Part shown: positions 6,527 through 14,929 of the stretch, piece after piece
How positions within the stretch are numbered: position 1 is the stretch's first letter
Layout of the letters: each line of letters begins with the position of its first letter
Assembly (NCBI GenBank): GCA_044450345.1
Contig: JBIOIY010000060.1
Span: 1 to 17,694 of the forward strand
Reading direction: 5' to 3'
Source: Thermodesulfovibrionales bacterium
GTDB taxonomy: Bacteria; Nitrospirota; Thermodesulfovibrionia; Thermodesulfovibrionales; UBA6898
DNA length: 17,694 nt
The notes under the pieces: generated by a model
Database searches by the model: none
What the model was told of the DNA's origin: nothing
What the model saw: only the letters and a program-made list of their open reading frames with translations
Position numbers and translations under genes: made by a program

Positions 6527-8392
6527 TTGAGCAGTAAAGATGCCTATAGCAATCTGGCCCGCTTTATTTCTCTCAATGAGGACGACCGCGCACTTGCCGA
6601 CCTAGGCCGGACCTTTCGTTCTCTCTGCTCCAACAAAGGGAAGATCCTTGATGATGCTGAAATCTTACAGCCGATCTATGAGGAAGCGCTCCGATTTCTG
6701 GAAAAAAATGCAGTGGAAAAAGGGTTCGGCTCGGATCTTCTTGCGCTCCAGCGGGACCTTTACAAAGAGTTCGAACAAATTCTTTCCTCTTCCGGTAGCG
6801 ACCGGCGGCATGACTTTCTCATCGTAATCCCGGTTGCCGACAGGCCCCTTATGCTGAGGAATTGCCTGGCAAGCCTTATCGGACAGTGTCGCATCTTTTC
6901 TTATGGAGGGTCCCCGGAAGATACCGCCCGAAGCCTCTATAAGAAGGTCAGTGTCCTTGTCTTCGATGACAGCAAGGACGAAACGAATATAAGCAACATC
7001 AAGAAAATATGCTCATCGACGGCTGCCTCCGGAATGCGGACTGTCTACGTCGGCAGCGAGGAGCAGACGGAGGTCTTAAGAAATGTCCCGCCGGAATACA
7101 GGGAGAAGCTTTCCGGCATTGTAGGAGATTTTAACGGCCCCGTCCGCCCGCACAAGGGTGCTTCTCTTACGCGCAACATCGCGTCTCTCTACATTCATTC
7201 CAGGCTCTATGAATTCGGGGACAATATGTTGATCTGGTTCATTGACAGCGACGAGGAATTCAAAATAAAGATCATTAGAGGCGGAGAGATCAGGGATATC
7301 CACTTTATAAATTACTTTTACTGGCTTGACAGGATCTTTTCTGATTCGGATGTGGAAGTGCTCACGGGCAAGGTCGTTGGGGACCCGCCGGTCACCCCGG
7401 CGGTAATGATCAACACATTCCTCGACGACATCGTTTCTTTTCTGGCAGACACCGCAGAGGCAGAACCTGAAGGCCGGTGTTTTTTTCATAACATTCATAC
7501 ATCTGAACCGTTCCCTGCGGAGTACCACGATATGGTCGGTCTATTCGGCTATACGCAGTCTTCATCCCCAAAAAAATATTTCTGTGGTCTGCAGGGAGAC
7601 CACTCTTTGGCCGTCGGCTTCGAGGATTTTTCGAACCGCACGCTTGGTTTTTTCTATGGCCTCCATCCTACAAGGACGCAATTTTATTCCCCGGGAGACA
7701 GCATGACCGATGTAAAAAATGCGAGGACAGTATATACGGGCAACTACGTCATCACTCCTGATGGCCTTCGCTTTTTTATCCCTTTTGCCGGGCTCGGGCT
7801 GAGGATGGGCGGCCCCACCCTCGGCCGTATCTTGCGAAGAAAGATTAAGGGTAAGTTCGTCTCAGCTAATCTGCCTCTGCTTCATAAAAGGACAATTACC
7901 GGAAATTATACGAATGAATTCCGGAGCGGCATCCTGCAGAAGGGGGATACAATGGACCTTTCTGGGGAATTTCAGAGACAGTTTTGGGGAGACATAATGT
8001 TGTTTTCGGCCGAGGCGCTTTGCGATACCGGCTATCCTGAAAAACGCATTGAGGCATCAGAGATCGCCGATATCGTGGGGAGGGTTCAGGACAGAATATG
8101 GAACCTCTATAAAGGACATCAGGCAGCTGCCTCCGCTAAAGTGATGGAGCTACGTCAATTATTAACAGACCCCGCACGGTGGTGGAACAAGGGGCCTGCG
8201 ACAAAATCCCCGGTTGCAAGTCTCATGACCTTCGCTTCCATGGTCGACAAGAACTTTGGGACTGCGTCAGGGGCAATCAAGACCATATCGGACCAGATCG
8301 CGGAAGGATCTTCAACAGAAAAGATAATTAGCGCACTGAATTCTTTTTACGACGACGAGCGCGCCTGGAATGAACTACTGAACCTATTTTGA
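6527..8392 (+). CDS. Hypothetical protein with GT-A (glycosyltransferase family 2-like) fold
   Basis: 621-aa ORF, TTG start. FLIVIPVADRP..L..CLASL, VLVFDDS, GASLTRN, IWFIDSDE (DxD), and late LLHKR are GT-A-like elements in the expected order. Confidence 0.7.
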   Translation: MSSKDAYSNLARFISLNEDDRALADLGRTFRSLCSNKGKILDDAEILQPIYEEALRFLEKNAVEKGFGSDLLALQRDLYKEFEQILSSSGSDRRHDFLIVIPVADRPLMLRNCLASLIGQCRIFSYGGSPEDTARSLYKKVSVLVFDDSKDETNISNIKKICSSTAASGMRTVYVGSEEQTEVLRNVPPEYREKLSGIVGDFNGPVRPHKGASLTRNIASLYIHSRLYEFGDNMLIWFIDSDEEFKIKIIRGGEIRDIHFINYFYWLDRIFSDSDVEVLTGKVVGDPPVTPAVMINTFLDDIVSFLADTAEAEPEGRCFFHNIHTSEPFPAEYHDMVGLFGYTQSSSPKKYFCGLQGDHSLAVGFEDFSNRTLGFFYGLHPTRTQFYSPGDSMTDVKNARTVYTGNYVITPDGLRFFIPFAGLGLRMGGPTLGRILRRKIKGKFVSANLPLLHKRTITGNYTNEFRSGILQKGDTMDLSGEFQRQFWGDIMLFSAEALCDTGYPEKRIEASEIADIVGRVQDRIWNLYKGHQAAASAKVMELRQLLTDPARWWNKGPATKSPVASLMTFASMVDKNFGTASGAIKTISDQIAEGSSTEKIISALNSFYDDERAWNELLNLF

Positions 8393-8394
8393 AG

Positions 8395-10407
8395 TCATTT
8401 TTTCAGGATCTGAAAAAGATTATTGTAGTCGTCGGTCCATAGCCGGAGCTCCGGCCGCTCCACGAGCCTGGTTGAGACTTTCTTGAGAGCCTGCGGCTCA
8501 AAGGGAGAAGAACTCATCAGGACCCAATCTGCGCCATAGATCTCATTGTCACTGTCTCCTTCACTGCTGACAAGTACCGCATGCTTGCCGGCCGCCCTGC
8601 CCAATTTCTCTGCAACGGGACCAAGGTCGAGATGAGAGTTTGTAATATGAAGCGCAAGCACCCCCCCTGGTCTCAGATGTCTAAAGTACAAATCGACCGC
8701 CTCACGGGTCATGAGATGCACTGGAATCGAGTCGCCCGAGAAGGCGTCCACGGCGAGCAGATCATACTGCTGAGCCGGTTCACGCTCAAGCGAGAGGCGG
8801 GCATCTCCATGCACCACCTCTACCTTTCCCTCACATTCCGAGAGGTAAGTGAATTTCTCCCTGGCGAGCCTTTCCACCATAGGGTTTATTTCATAAAAAC
8901 GGAATAGATCTCCGGGACGTGCATATACGGCAAGGGAGCCGGCACCAAGTCCTATTACACCCACCTTCATTGGGGAACGGCCCATATATTTCAGCGCCAT
9001 GCCGACCCCTGACGTCGGGCCATAATATGAGATAGCCTCCCGCCTCCGTTCAGGCGATGTAAATTGTACCCCATGGGTAATCGTCCCGTGCACAAGGGCG
9101 CGGCTTTCGTCTTCCGTCCCTTTGTTATATTCCATTACACGCAAACCTCCGTAGAAATTTCGCTCCATTACGAGACTGGACTCGGAAAAAGAATTGACAT
9201 AATATCCGGAGGCCATAACCACTCCAACCGCCAAAACGGATCCGATCAGGTCGCTGAGCCACCACCCTCTGAAGTTGATGGACAGCAACAGCAGGGCGCA
9301 AACAGACAGCCCCACTGGCAGTTCGAAATATCCCGGGAGCACTTTCGGTGCCACAAGTCCGACCAGGACTCCGCCGAGCGCCCCGCCTATAGAGAGCATC
9401 AGATAAAAGGACGTGAGATATTGAGGTGAGGGCTTCCTTCTTACCAGCTCTCCGTGGCAGAACATGCAACAGGCGAACAGTCCCGCACAAAAAACAGCAA
9501 TAACCAATTTCAGACTCGTATGTGAGTTCCACCTCAGAAGACCGTAAGACATACCGCCGAGCGCTAAAATCAGCGGCCAAACATACCATTTTCTCCGATA
9601 AAGGTTCTCGTAGTCGAAACAGAGGATAAAGCTTAACAGATAAAGGCTGAGCGGAAGGATCCAGAGGAAAGGGATCGACGTCACGTTCTGAGTGAGATGG
9701 TTTGTTACCGAAAGAAGGAGCACCGATGAGGTGCAGGCCAGAAGCGCCCACAACAACCGCTCACGCAGAGAGGGCGGCTTCAGGTCTGAATCACTGCCCG
9801 TCGAGGTCTTCGTGACCTCTGAAGGCACCCCCATGACGGTATATAGTGCAGCTCCGAGGGCCAGTGAAACAAACACGGCATATGCACCGGACCAGAAGAG
9901 GGATTGCCCGCGCAGAGTCACATTAGGTTCAACGAGAAACGGGTAAGCCAACAGCCCCAGAAGCGAGGCGAGGTTCGAAAGAGCAAAGAGCTTGTATGGT
10001 AAGGCCGAGTTATACTTCCTGGCATACCACACATGGATAAGGGGACTGGTAGTTGACAGCAACAGATACGGCAGTCCCGCCGAGACGGTCAGAACGGCCA
10101 GTATGCGAAATATGGGATCTTCACCACCCGTCGGCTTCCATCCGGGCGCAGGGACAACCGGTAAGGCCGCGAGGCTGAACAGAAGAAGCGTCACATGCAG
10201 AAAAGTCTGTGTCTTAGTCTTGAGACAGCGGACCGACCAGTGAGCATAGATGTACCCGCCGAGCAGGCCCGCCTGGAAAAAAAGCATGCATGTTATCCAG
10301 ACTGCTGCCGAACCGCCGAACCACGGCAGGATCATCTTCGCTATCATCGGCTGGATCTGAAAGAGAAGAAAGGCGCTCAGAAAGATCGTCGCTGCATATA
10401 TTGCCAT
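8395..10407 (-). CDS. Fused integral-membrane / spermidine synthase-like (SAM-binding fold) protein
   Basis: Many TM segments starting IFLSAFLLFQIQPMIAKMILPWFGG, then RNFYG, HGTITHG, VIGLGAGSLA, YEINP, GDAR, DAFSGDSIPVHL, WTDD. Confidence 0.9.
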   Translation of the reverse strand: MAIYAATIFLSAFLLFQIQPMIAKMILPWFGGSAAVWITCMLFFQAGLLGGYIYAHWSVRCLKTKTQTFLHVTLLLFSLAALPVVPAPGWKPTGGEDPIFRILAVLTVSAGLPYLLLSTTSPLIHVWYARKYNSALPYKLFALSNLASLLGLLAYPFLVEPNVTLRGQSLFWSGAYAVFVSLALGAALYTVMGVPSEVTKTSTGSDSDLKPPSLRERLLWALLACTSSVLLLSVTNHLTQNVTSIPFLWILPLSLYLLSFILCFDYENLYRRKWYVWPLILALGGMSYGLLRWNSHTSLKLVIAVFCAGLFACCMFCHGELVRRKPSPQYLTSFYLMLSIGGALGGVLVGLVAPKVLPGYFELPVGLSVCALLLLSINFRGWWLSDLIGSVLAVGVVMASGYYVNSFSESSLVMERNFYGGLRVMEYNKGTEDESRALVHGTITHGVQFTSPERRREAISYYGPTSGVGMALKYMGRSPMKVGVIGLGAGSLAVYARPGDLFRFYEINPMVERLAREKFTYLSECEGKVEVVHGDARLSLEREPAQQYDLLAVDAFSGDSIPVHLMTREAVDLYFRHLRPGGVLALHITNSHLDLGPVAEKLGRAAGKHAVLVSSEGDSDNEIYGADWVLMSSSPFEPQALKKVSTRLVERPELRLWTDDYNNLFQILKK

Positions 10408-10496
10408 TTATAAAAGTCCGGTCAAAACAATTATTTGACTCTACCGATACAATAAAGTTATCACTTTAATGTTTATGTCAATAAAAAGCCTTCAGG

Positions 10497-10505
10497 ATTA
10501 TAGCA
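10497..10505 (-). promoter_or_regulatory. Extended -10 promoter element for 8395..10407
   Basis: Plus-strand ATTATAGCA reads TGCTATAAT on the minus strand, about 90 nt upstream of the start codon. Confidence 0.45.
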
Positions 10506-10537
10506 CACCGGGGTTTTTTCAAAATAAATTGCTGCAG

Positions 10538-11020
10538 CTACAACGGGAAAAAATATTCGGAATCTACAAAATTTCTGATACACGCGCTGATATCCTCAAA
10601 ACACTCCCTGTATTCCCGGAGACCGCAGCCATAGGGATCGGCTATTTTTTTCAGCATCTTCCCACCATCTGAGAATTCAGCAAGATTGAAGGTCTTCGAC
10701 TCTGCCGAGATATCAAACTCAAGTATAAACTCAACATGAAACGTCTCCATGCACAAAACAATTCCGCTGTCCCTGATAATCTCTTCACATATCATCCGGG
10801 CCCTGTGCCTCGATATATCTATGCCTCTCTCACCTGCAGCGATGACCGCGAATTCGGTGGCGGGGTTGCCGATCAGCGCATGCGTACCGGCTGAAGAAAT
10901 CCCCATGCCGGGTATTTCACTCAGGACAGCCCGTAAGACCCCCTCCGCCATCGGACTCCTGCATATATTGCCGGTGCAAACGGTTAATATTTTTTTTTGC
11001 CCTTTTATCAAGTCAGACAT
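10538..11020 (-). CDS. Low molecular weight protein-tyrosine phosphatase family protein
   Basis: P-loop VCTGNICRSPMAE, SSAGT, IADPYG. Start moved to ATG 11020 (or TTG 11011) because the longer ORF extension crosses a structured region. Ile in CTGNICRS favours pTyr-type over YwlE pArg-type (Thr). Confidence 0.92.
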   Translation of the reverse strand: MSDLIKGQKKILTVCTGNICRSPMAEGVLRAVLSEIPGMGISSAGTHALIGNPATEFAVIAAGERGIDISRHRARMICEEIIRDSGIVLCMETFHVEFILEFDISAESKTFNLAEFSDGGKMLKKIADPYGCGLREYRECFEDISACIRNFVDSEYFFPL

Positions 11021-11033
11021 ATCTCCATTAAAA

Positions 11034-11107
11034 GAGAGCAAACCCGCGGTTCGGGTTGTTTGCAATTTGCGCACCCAGGGCGAAGCATGACTTGTGACCC
11101 GGCTCTC
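11034..11107. other. Structured intergenic element (candidate cis-regulatory RNA or MITE/REP-like repeat)
   Basis: Terminal inverted repeat GAGAGC (11034-11039)/GCTCTC (11102-11107) flanked by AAA on both sides. Internal hairpin AACCCG-cggtt-CGGGTT (11041-11057). Confidence 0.45.
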
Positions 11108-11111
11108 AAAT

Positions 11112-11145
11112 TTGTAAATAGAAAGCACACAACGTTATAATATCA
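11112..11145. promoter_or_regulatory. Overlapping divergent promoters (YkgJ gene on +, phosphatase on -)
   Basis: Plus: TTGTAA (11112-11117)-N18-TATAAT (11136-11141). Minus: TG-A-TATTAT (11145-11137). Confidence 0.4.
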
Positions 11146-11168
11146 AATACTTTGGAAATTCATAAATT

Positions 11169-11918
11169 ATGTCCTCTATACCCAAGGCTATCGATATAAC
11201 TCCGGAGAGATTAGGGCCAGACGACAGTTTCAGCTTTGGCTGCAACTCCGGCCTGGAATGTTTCAATAAGTGCTGCAGGGACATAAACCTTTTTCTTACG
11301 CCTTATGATATTCTCAGGATGAAACGGCGGCTGAACATCTCTTCCCGCGAATTTCTCAAAATATATACGTTTCCCCTCTTCCCCGTGGAGATAGGCCATC
11401 CCGTAATTCTGCTCAAGATGATCCCTGACGAAACAAAGAACTGCCCTTTTGTCGGCGAAAAAGGGTGCTTGATCTATGACGATAGGCCCTGGTCCTGCAG
11501 AAGTTTTCCACTCGATCCGGTCGCTGAAATACGGCCGCCGGTATTCAGCATAGTCAAAAGAGAGTTTTGCCTCGGTTTTGGCGGGGGCAAGACATCCCAT
11601 ACCGTACGGAAATGGCGCGATACCCAGAACGTGACATTTTATGAGGAGATGAACGACGAGTGGAAGAAGCTGACTCACCATGAAAACTTCGGGGCAAGAA
11701 ACCTCCTCGAAGGTCGTGACAGGGACATTTTTTTCCTCGGGAGTTACAACATAGACGAATTCAGGGACCTTGTCTTCAAGGGAGACTTTTTAAAATATTT
11801 CGATGTGGGGAAGCCGGCACTGAAGTGTGTAAAATCCAATGAAACAGAGCTCTTGAGACTAGCCTTCAGGTGGCTCCAATGCATATTGTTCGACGATGAT
11901 ACGCTGAAAAGAAAATAA
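11169..11918 (+). CDS. YkgJ family cysteine cluster protein (putative Fe-S/Zn binding)
   Basis: FGCNSGLECFNKCCRD, LTPYD, CPFV..GCLIYDDRPWSCRSFP, and a late CLG. Confidence 0.9.
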   Translation: MSSIPKAIDITPERLGPDDSFSFGCNSGLECFNKCCRDINLFLTPYDILRMKRRLNISSREFLKIYTFPLFPVEIGHPVILLKMIPDETKNCPFVGEKGCLIYDDRPWSCRSFPLDPVAEIRPPVFSIVKREFCLGFGGGKTSHTVRKWRDTQNVTFYEEMNDEWKKLTHHENFGARNLLEGRDRDIFFLGSYNIDEFRDLVFKGDFLKYFDVGKPALKCVKSNETELLRLAFRWLQCILFDDDTLKRK

Positions 11919-11953
11919 TTACCGGCTTTTTTAGGCAGAATATTAGTTTGATT

Positions 11954-11962
11954 TGCTATAAT
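11954..11962 (+). promoter_or_regulatory. Extended -10 promoter element for 12054..12698
   Basis: TGCTATAAT in an AT-rich spacer; SD AAGGAG just upstream of ATG 12054. Confidence 0.5.
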
Positions 11963-12053
11963 TAATAAAGTATGTTGTTTGTAAATCTTGCTTGTGGGAT
12001 AAATATCATCGGCATGGATTGCAAGGGATCTATGGGTTTAAAGGAGAAAGAGA

Positions 12054-12698
12054 ATGACACAGGTTATGGAAGATAAGGCAGTCTGTCCGCATTGCGGACA
12101 GAAACTAAATAAATGGAGCACACCGACATTTAATTTTTCCGACGGGCTGGGATGGTGCAGTAGTTTCCTCTACGTTTGCTTCAACGACGATTGCCGGCAT
12201 TTCAAAAACAGCTGGAAACACATGTATGAAACATACGGCCAGGAAATGGGCTACCGTTACATGCTTCATCCGGATTCAGGTGAGGCGTCGAGCCTGCCCT
12301 GCGGCAGCAGAGACGCAATGAAGGGCGATATTATCGACGAGATAAAAGAGGCGCAGGAAACGGCGGACCTGGAGGCGAGGAAAAAGGCATTCCAGTCCCT
12401 AACAGATTACTATATCAAAAAAGACATTGACGCAATGTTGAAGATGCTGATTGACGAAAGCGGCATGGGAAGCGTGAGACTGAAGGCCGCCGAACATCTG
12501 GGAGAGCTGGGAGACCTTAGCGCCGTCGAACCTCTAAGGAACTACAAATTCATAAACGAAGTCATCCAGAAAAAGGTGGAAGAGGCAATCCAGAAGATCC
12601 ACAAAAAGAACTTCACGATGGAATGTCCTTACTGCGCCGAGATCATAAAGATGCGCGCCAAGATCTGTAAGCACTGCGGCAAGGAACTTACCGTCTAG
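12054..12698 (+). CDS. Zinc-ribbon domain protein with central HEAT-like repeat
   Basis: N-terminal CPHC...CFNDDC, central VRLKAAEHLGELGDLSAVEPL (HEAT-like), C-terminal CPYCAEIIKMRAKICKHCG zinc ribbon. Confidence 0.85.
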   Translation: MTQVMEDKAVCPHCGQKLNKWSTPTFNFSDGLGWCSSFLYVCFNDDCRHFKNSWKHMYETYGQEMGYRYMLHPDSGEASSLPCGSRDAMKGDIIDEIKEAQETADLEARKKAFQSLTDYYIKKDIDAMLKMLIDESGMGSVRLKAAEHLGELGDLSAVEPLRNYKFINEVIQKKVEEAIQKIHKKNFTMECPYCAEIIKMRAKICKHCGKELTV

Positions 12699-12716
12699 TG
12701 ACGTTCCGAGCGGAGG

Positions 12717-13178
12717 CTACGCGGTGAATAAGATTTCATAAATCTTATTCACTGCTCCTTCCGCATCCTTGGCCGAAACCACACCCTTTACATTCCAGGT
12801 CCTAATCCCGACAACCGGCTTTCCCATCTGCAACGCAAAGGCGATCTCGGAAAGCGTTCCGTATTCCCCCCCGACCGCGATAACAGCATCAGCTGCGCGG
12901 GCAATAATAACATTTCTTCCAATGCCGAGTCCGGTAGCTATCGGAACATCGACAAAGGCGTTGGCTTTATCCCTACGGTCCTGGGGAAGTATCCCGACCG
13001 TAAGCCCGCCTTCCGATCTCATACCTCGTGAAACCGCCTCCATCACGCCGCCAAGCCCGCCGCAGATGAGTATCGCATCCCTCTTTGCAAGAAGTCTTCC
13101 AACTTCTTCGGCCTCTTTTAAAAGCGACTTCTCAACTTTTCTTCCCCCTATAACTGATATGAGAATTTTTTTTTCCAT
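12717..13178 (-). CDS. TIGR00725 family protein (LOG/SLOG nucleotide-binding family)
   Basis: ISVIGG, ICGGLGGVMEAVSRG, TVGILP, ATGLGIGRNVII, GGEYGTLSEIAFAL. Confidence 0.93.
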   Translation of the reverse strand: MEKKILISVIGGRKVEKSLLKEAEEVGRLLAKRDAILICGGLGGVMEAVSRGMRSEGGLTVGILPQDRRDKANAFVDVPIATGLGIGRNVIIARAADAVIAVGGEYGTLSEIAFALQMGKPVVGIRTWNVKGVVSAKDAEGAVNKIYEILFTA

Positions 13179-13334
13179 CGATCTTAAATGTCTCCCTGGC
13201 TCAAGTGATGAGTCCCGGTTTGACCTCCTCCGCTTTTTCTTGATTTTCCCGGCATACTCCTCTATATTTTTCGTATGACATTGTTAGCCCTACCCAGGAT
13301 AATTGATGAGAAATTGTAGCAGATTGAGGCAGTT

Positions 13335-13838
13335 TTGGACATACTCAGGACCATAAAATCAAGAAGAAGTATACGGAAATTCAGTAATGCCCCGGTGCCC
13401 GAAGACTTGGTGGAAAAGGTCCTCGATGCAGGAAGATGGGCGCCGTCCGGTCTAAACAACCAGCCCTGGAGGTTTGCCATAATCAGGGATGGGGCGATAA
13501 ATGATATGTTTTCGCGACTCACTCATTATTCCCGGATTATTAAGGGCTCACAGGTCCTCATAGCTGTTTTCCTTGATAACTCCGTTTCGTATGACAGGAC
13601 AAAGGACGTTCAGGCCGTAGGCGCATGCCTTCAGAACATGCTGCTTGAGGCACACTCGCTTGGCCTTGGCGGTGTATGGCTCGGGGAGATACTCAAGAGC
13701 GGCGAGAAAATTAGAGAGATTCTCGGACTGGAGAAAGACCTTGAACTCATGGCGGTCATAGCCCTCGGTTGCCCGGGCGAAAATCCCAAGACCGTCAAAA
13801 GAAAGGAATTAAGGGACCTGATCGTCTTCAGAAAATAA
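13335..13838 (+). CDS. Nitroreductase family protein
   Basis: SRRSIRKF, WAPSGLNNQPWRF, QNMLLEAHSLGLGGVW. TTG start with GAGG upstream. Confidence 0.95.
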   Translation: MDILRTIKSRRSIRKFSNAPVPEDLVEKVLDAGRWAPSGLNNQPWRFAIIRDGAINDMFSRLTHYSRIIKGSQVLIAVFLDNSVSYDRTKDVQAVGACLQNMLLEAHSLGLGGVWLGEILKSGEKIREILGLEKDLELMAVIALGCPGENPKTVKRKELRDLIVFRK

Positions 13839-13873
13839 TTATGGGCGCGGTACCCCAGCCTCAACACGTTTTA

Positions 13874-14800
13874 TCAGTTGTTGACTGTTTGGGCCTTATA
13901 TTTCTTTCCCTGATATGTGCCCCTAATCTCCAGGTTTTTTTCTATATCCTTCAAGATCTGATGCCTGTTCCTTCCCCAAAGAGGTGCAACAAGGATATCG
14001 TCGGGTGCGGTGGCAAAAAGCCTCTGCAGGACTATCTCGGGCGAAAGTCTCTCGATGAAGTCCGCCAGGAAATCAAGATACTCCTGATATTCGAAAACAT
14101 GAAAAGGCTCTTTTATATAAAATTCTTCAAGCGGAGTGTCTTTTACCACCTGAAGCTGATGAATCTTTAGGAAGTCTATCGGCAGGGAAGATAAATCGTC
14201 GGCCATTGCGAGCGTTTCATCCCTCGTCTCGGTAGGAAAACCTGCAATGATATGGGCACCGATAAGAATCCCCCTGTTCACTGTTATCTCCAGGGCATTC
14301 AGGAAAGTTTGATAATCATGGCCGCGGTTGATAAACTTCAAACTTTTATCATAAATAGACTGGAGGCCGTACTCTATAAGAATGAAATATTTAGAAGCGA
14401 GGTCCTCGAGCATTTTTATCTTTTCGTGGTCGATTGCGTCAGGTCTGGTGCCAATGGCCAGCCCTGCCACTGATGGTTCTCTAAGTGCCTCCAGAAAGAG
14501 TGTTTCAAGATGCTCTACGGGGGCGTAAGTGTTGGTATAAGGCTGAAAGTACACAAGAAAGTTCTCTGCCCCGTACCTTTTTTTCACATATGCAATCCCG
14601 TTCGCAACCTGGTCAGTTACCGACAGCGTAGGCCTGCACGAGTTCGGCCTGAAACTATCATTATTGCAGTAAATGCATCCTGACACTCCCAGCGTGCCGT
14701 CTCTGTTAGGGCAGGTAAAGCCGGCATCCACATTTACTTTGTATACGGTGTGCCCAAATTTTTCCCTCATGTATTGGCCGAATGATCTGAATCTTCCCAT
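13874..14800 (-). CDS. TIGR01212 family radical SAM protein (YhcC/YtqA-like)
   Basis: DAGFTCPNRDG..GCIYC, YFQPYTNTY, IGTRPD, EYGLQS, INRGH, KIHQL. Confidence 0.95.
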   Translation of the reverse strand: MGRFRSFGQYMREKFGHTVYKVNVDAGFTCPNRDGTLGVSGCIYCNNDSFRPNSCRPTLSVTDQVANGIAYVKKRYGAENFLVYFQPYTNTYAPVEHLETLFLEALREPSVAGLAIGTRPDAIDHEKIKMLEDLASKYFILIEYGLQSIYDKSLKFINRGHDYQTFLNALEITVNRGILIGAHIIAGFPTETRDETLAMADDLSSLPIDFLKIHQLQVVKDTPLEEFYIKEPFHVFEYQEYLDFLADFIERLSPEIVLQRLFATAPDDILVAPLWGRNRHQILKDIEKNLEIRGTYQGKKYKAQTVNN

Positions 14801-14866
14801 GGTTTAATTATGCAATTTTTCATCACCTCAATGTCAAATGGATAGGGTCTGTCTGTGCGAATATGC

Positions 14867-14895
14867 TTGACAGTTTTTTTTATCTCAGTTATGTT
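14867..14895 (+). promoter_or_regulatory. Sigma70-type promoter for the LysM gene
   Basis: TTGACA (14867-14872)-N17-TATGTT (14890-14895). Confidence 0.55.
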
Positions 14896-14929
14896 TTAAT
14901 GGAGCAAAACTTAATAAAAGGGGTGCACT

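Noticed and set aside
9064..9751. Long alternative ORFs inside the membrane protein gene (9064..9429 +, 9125..9751 -)
   Set aside because: Shadow frames of a well-supported CDS with no recognisable domain.
10455..10483. XerD-like half site TTATGTCAATA as a dif site
   Set aside because: No XerC arm at the required 6-bp spacing.
11065..11095. HDV-like ribozyme suggested by GGCGAAGCATGAC
   Set aside because: No upstream complement for the P2 strand and no L3 consensus.
11021..11128. 36-aa N-terminal extension of the phosphatase in the ORF track
   Set aside because: Family members start just before the P-loop strand; the extension covers a structured non-coding-looking region.
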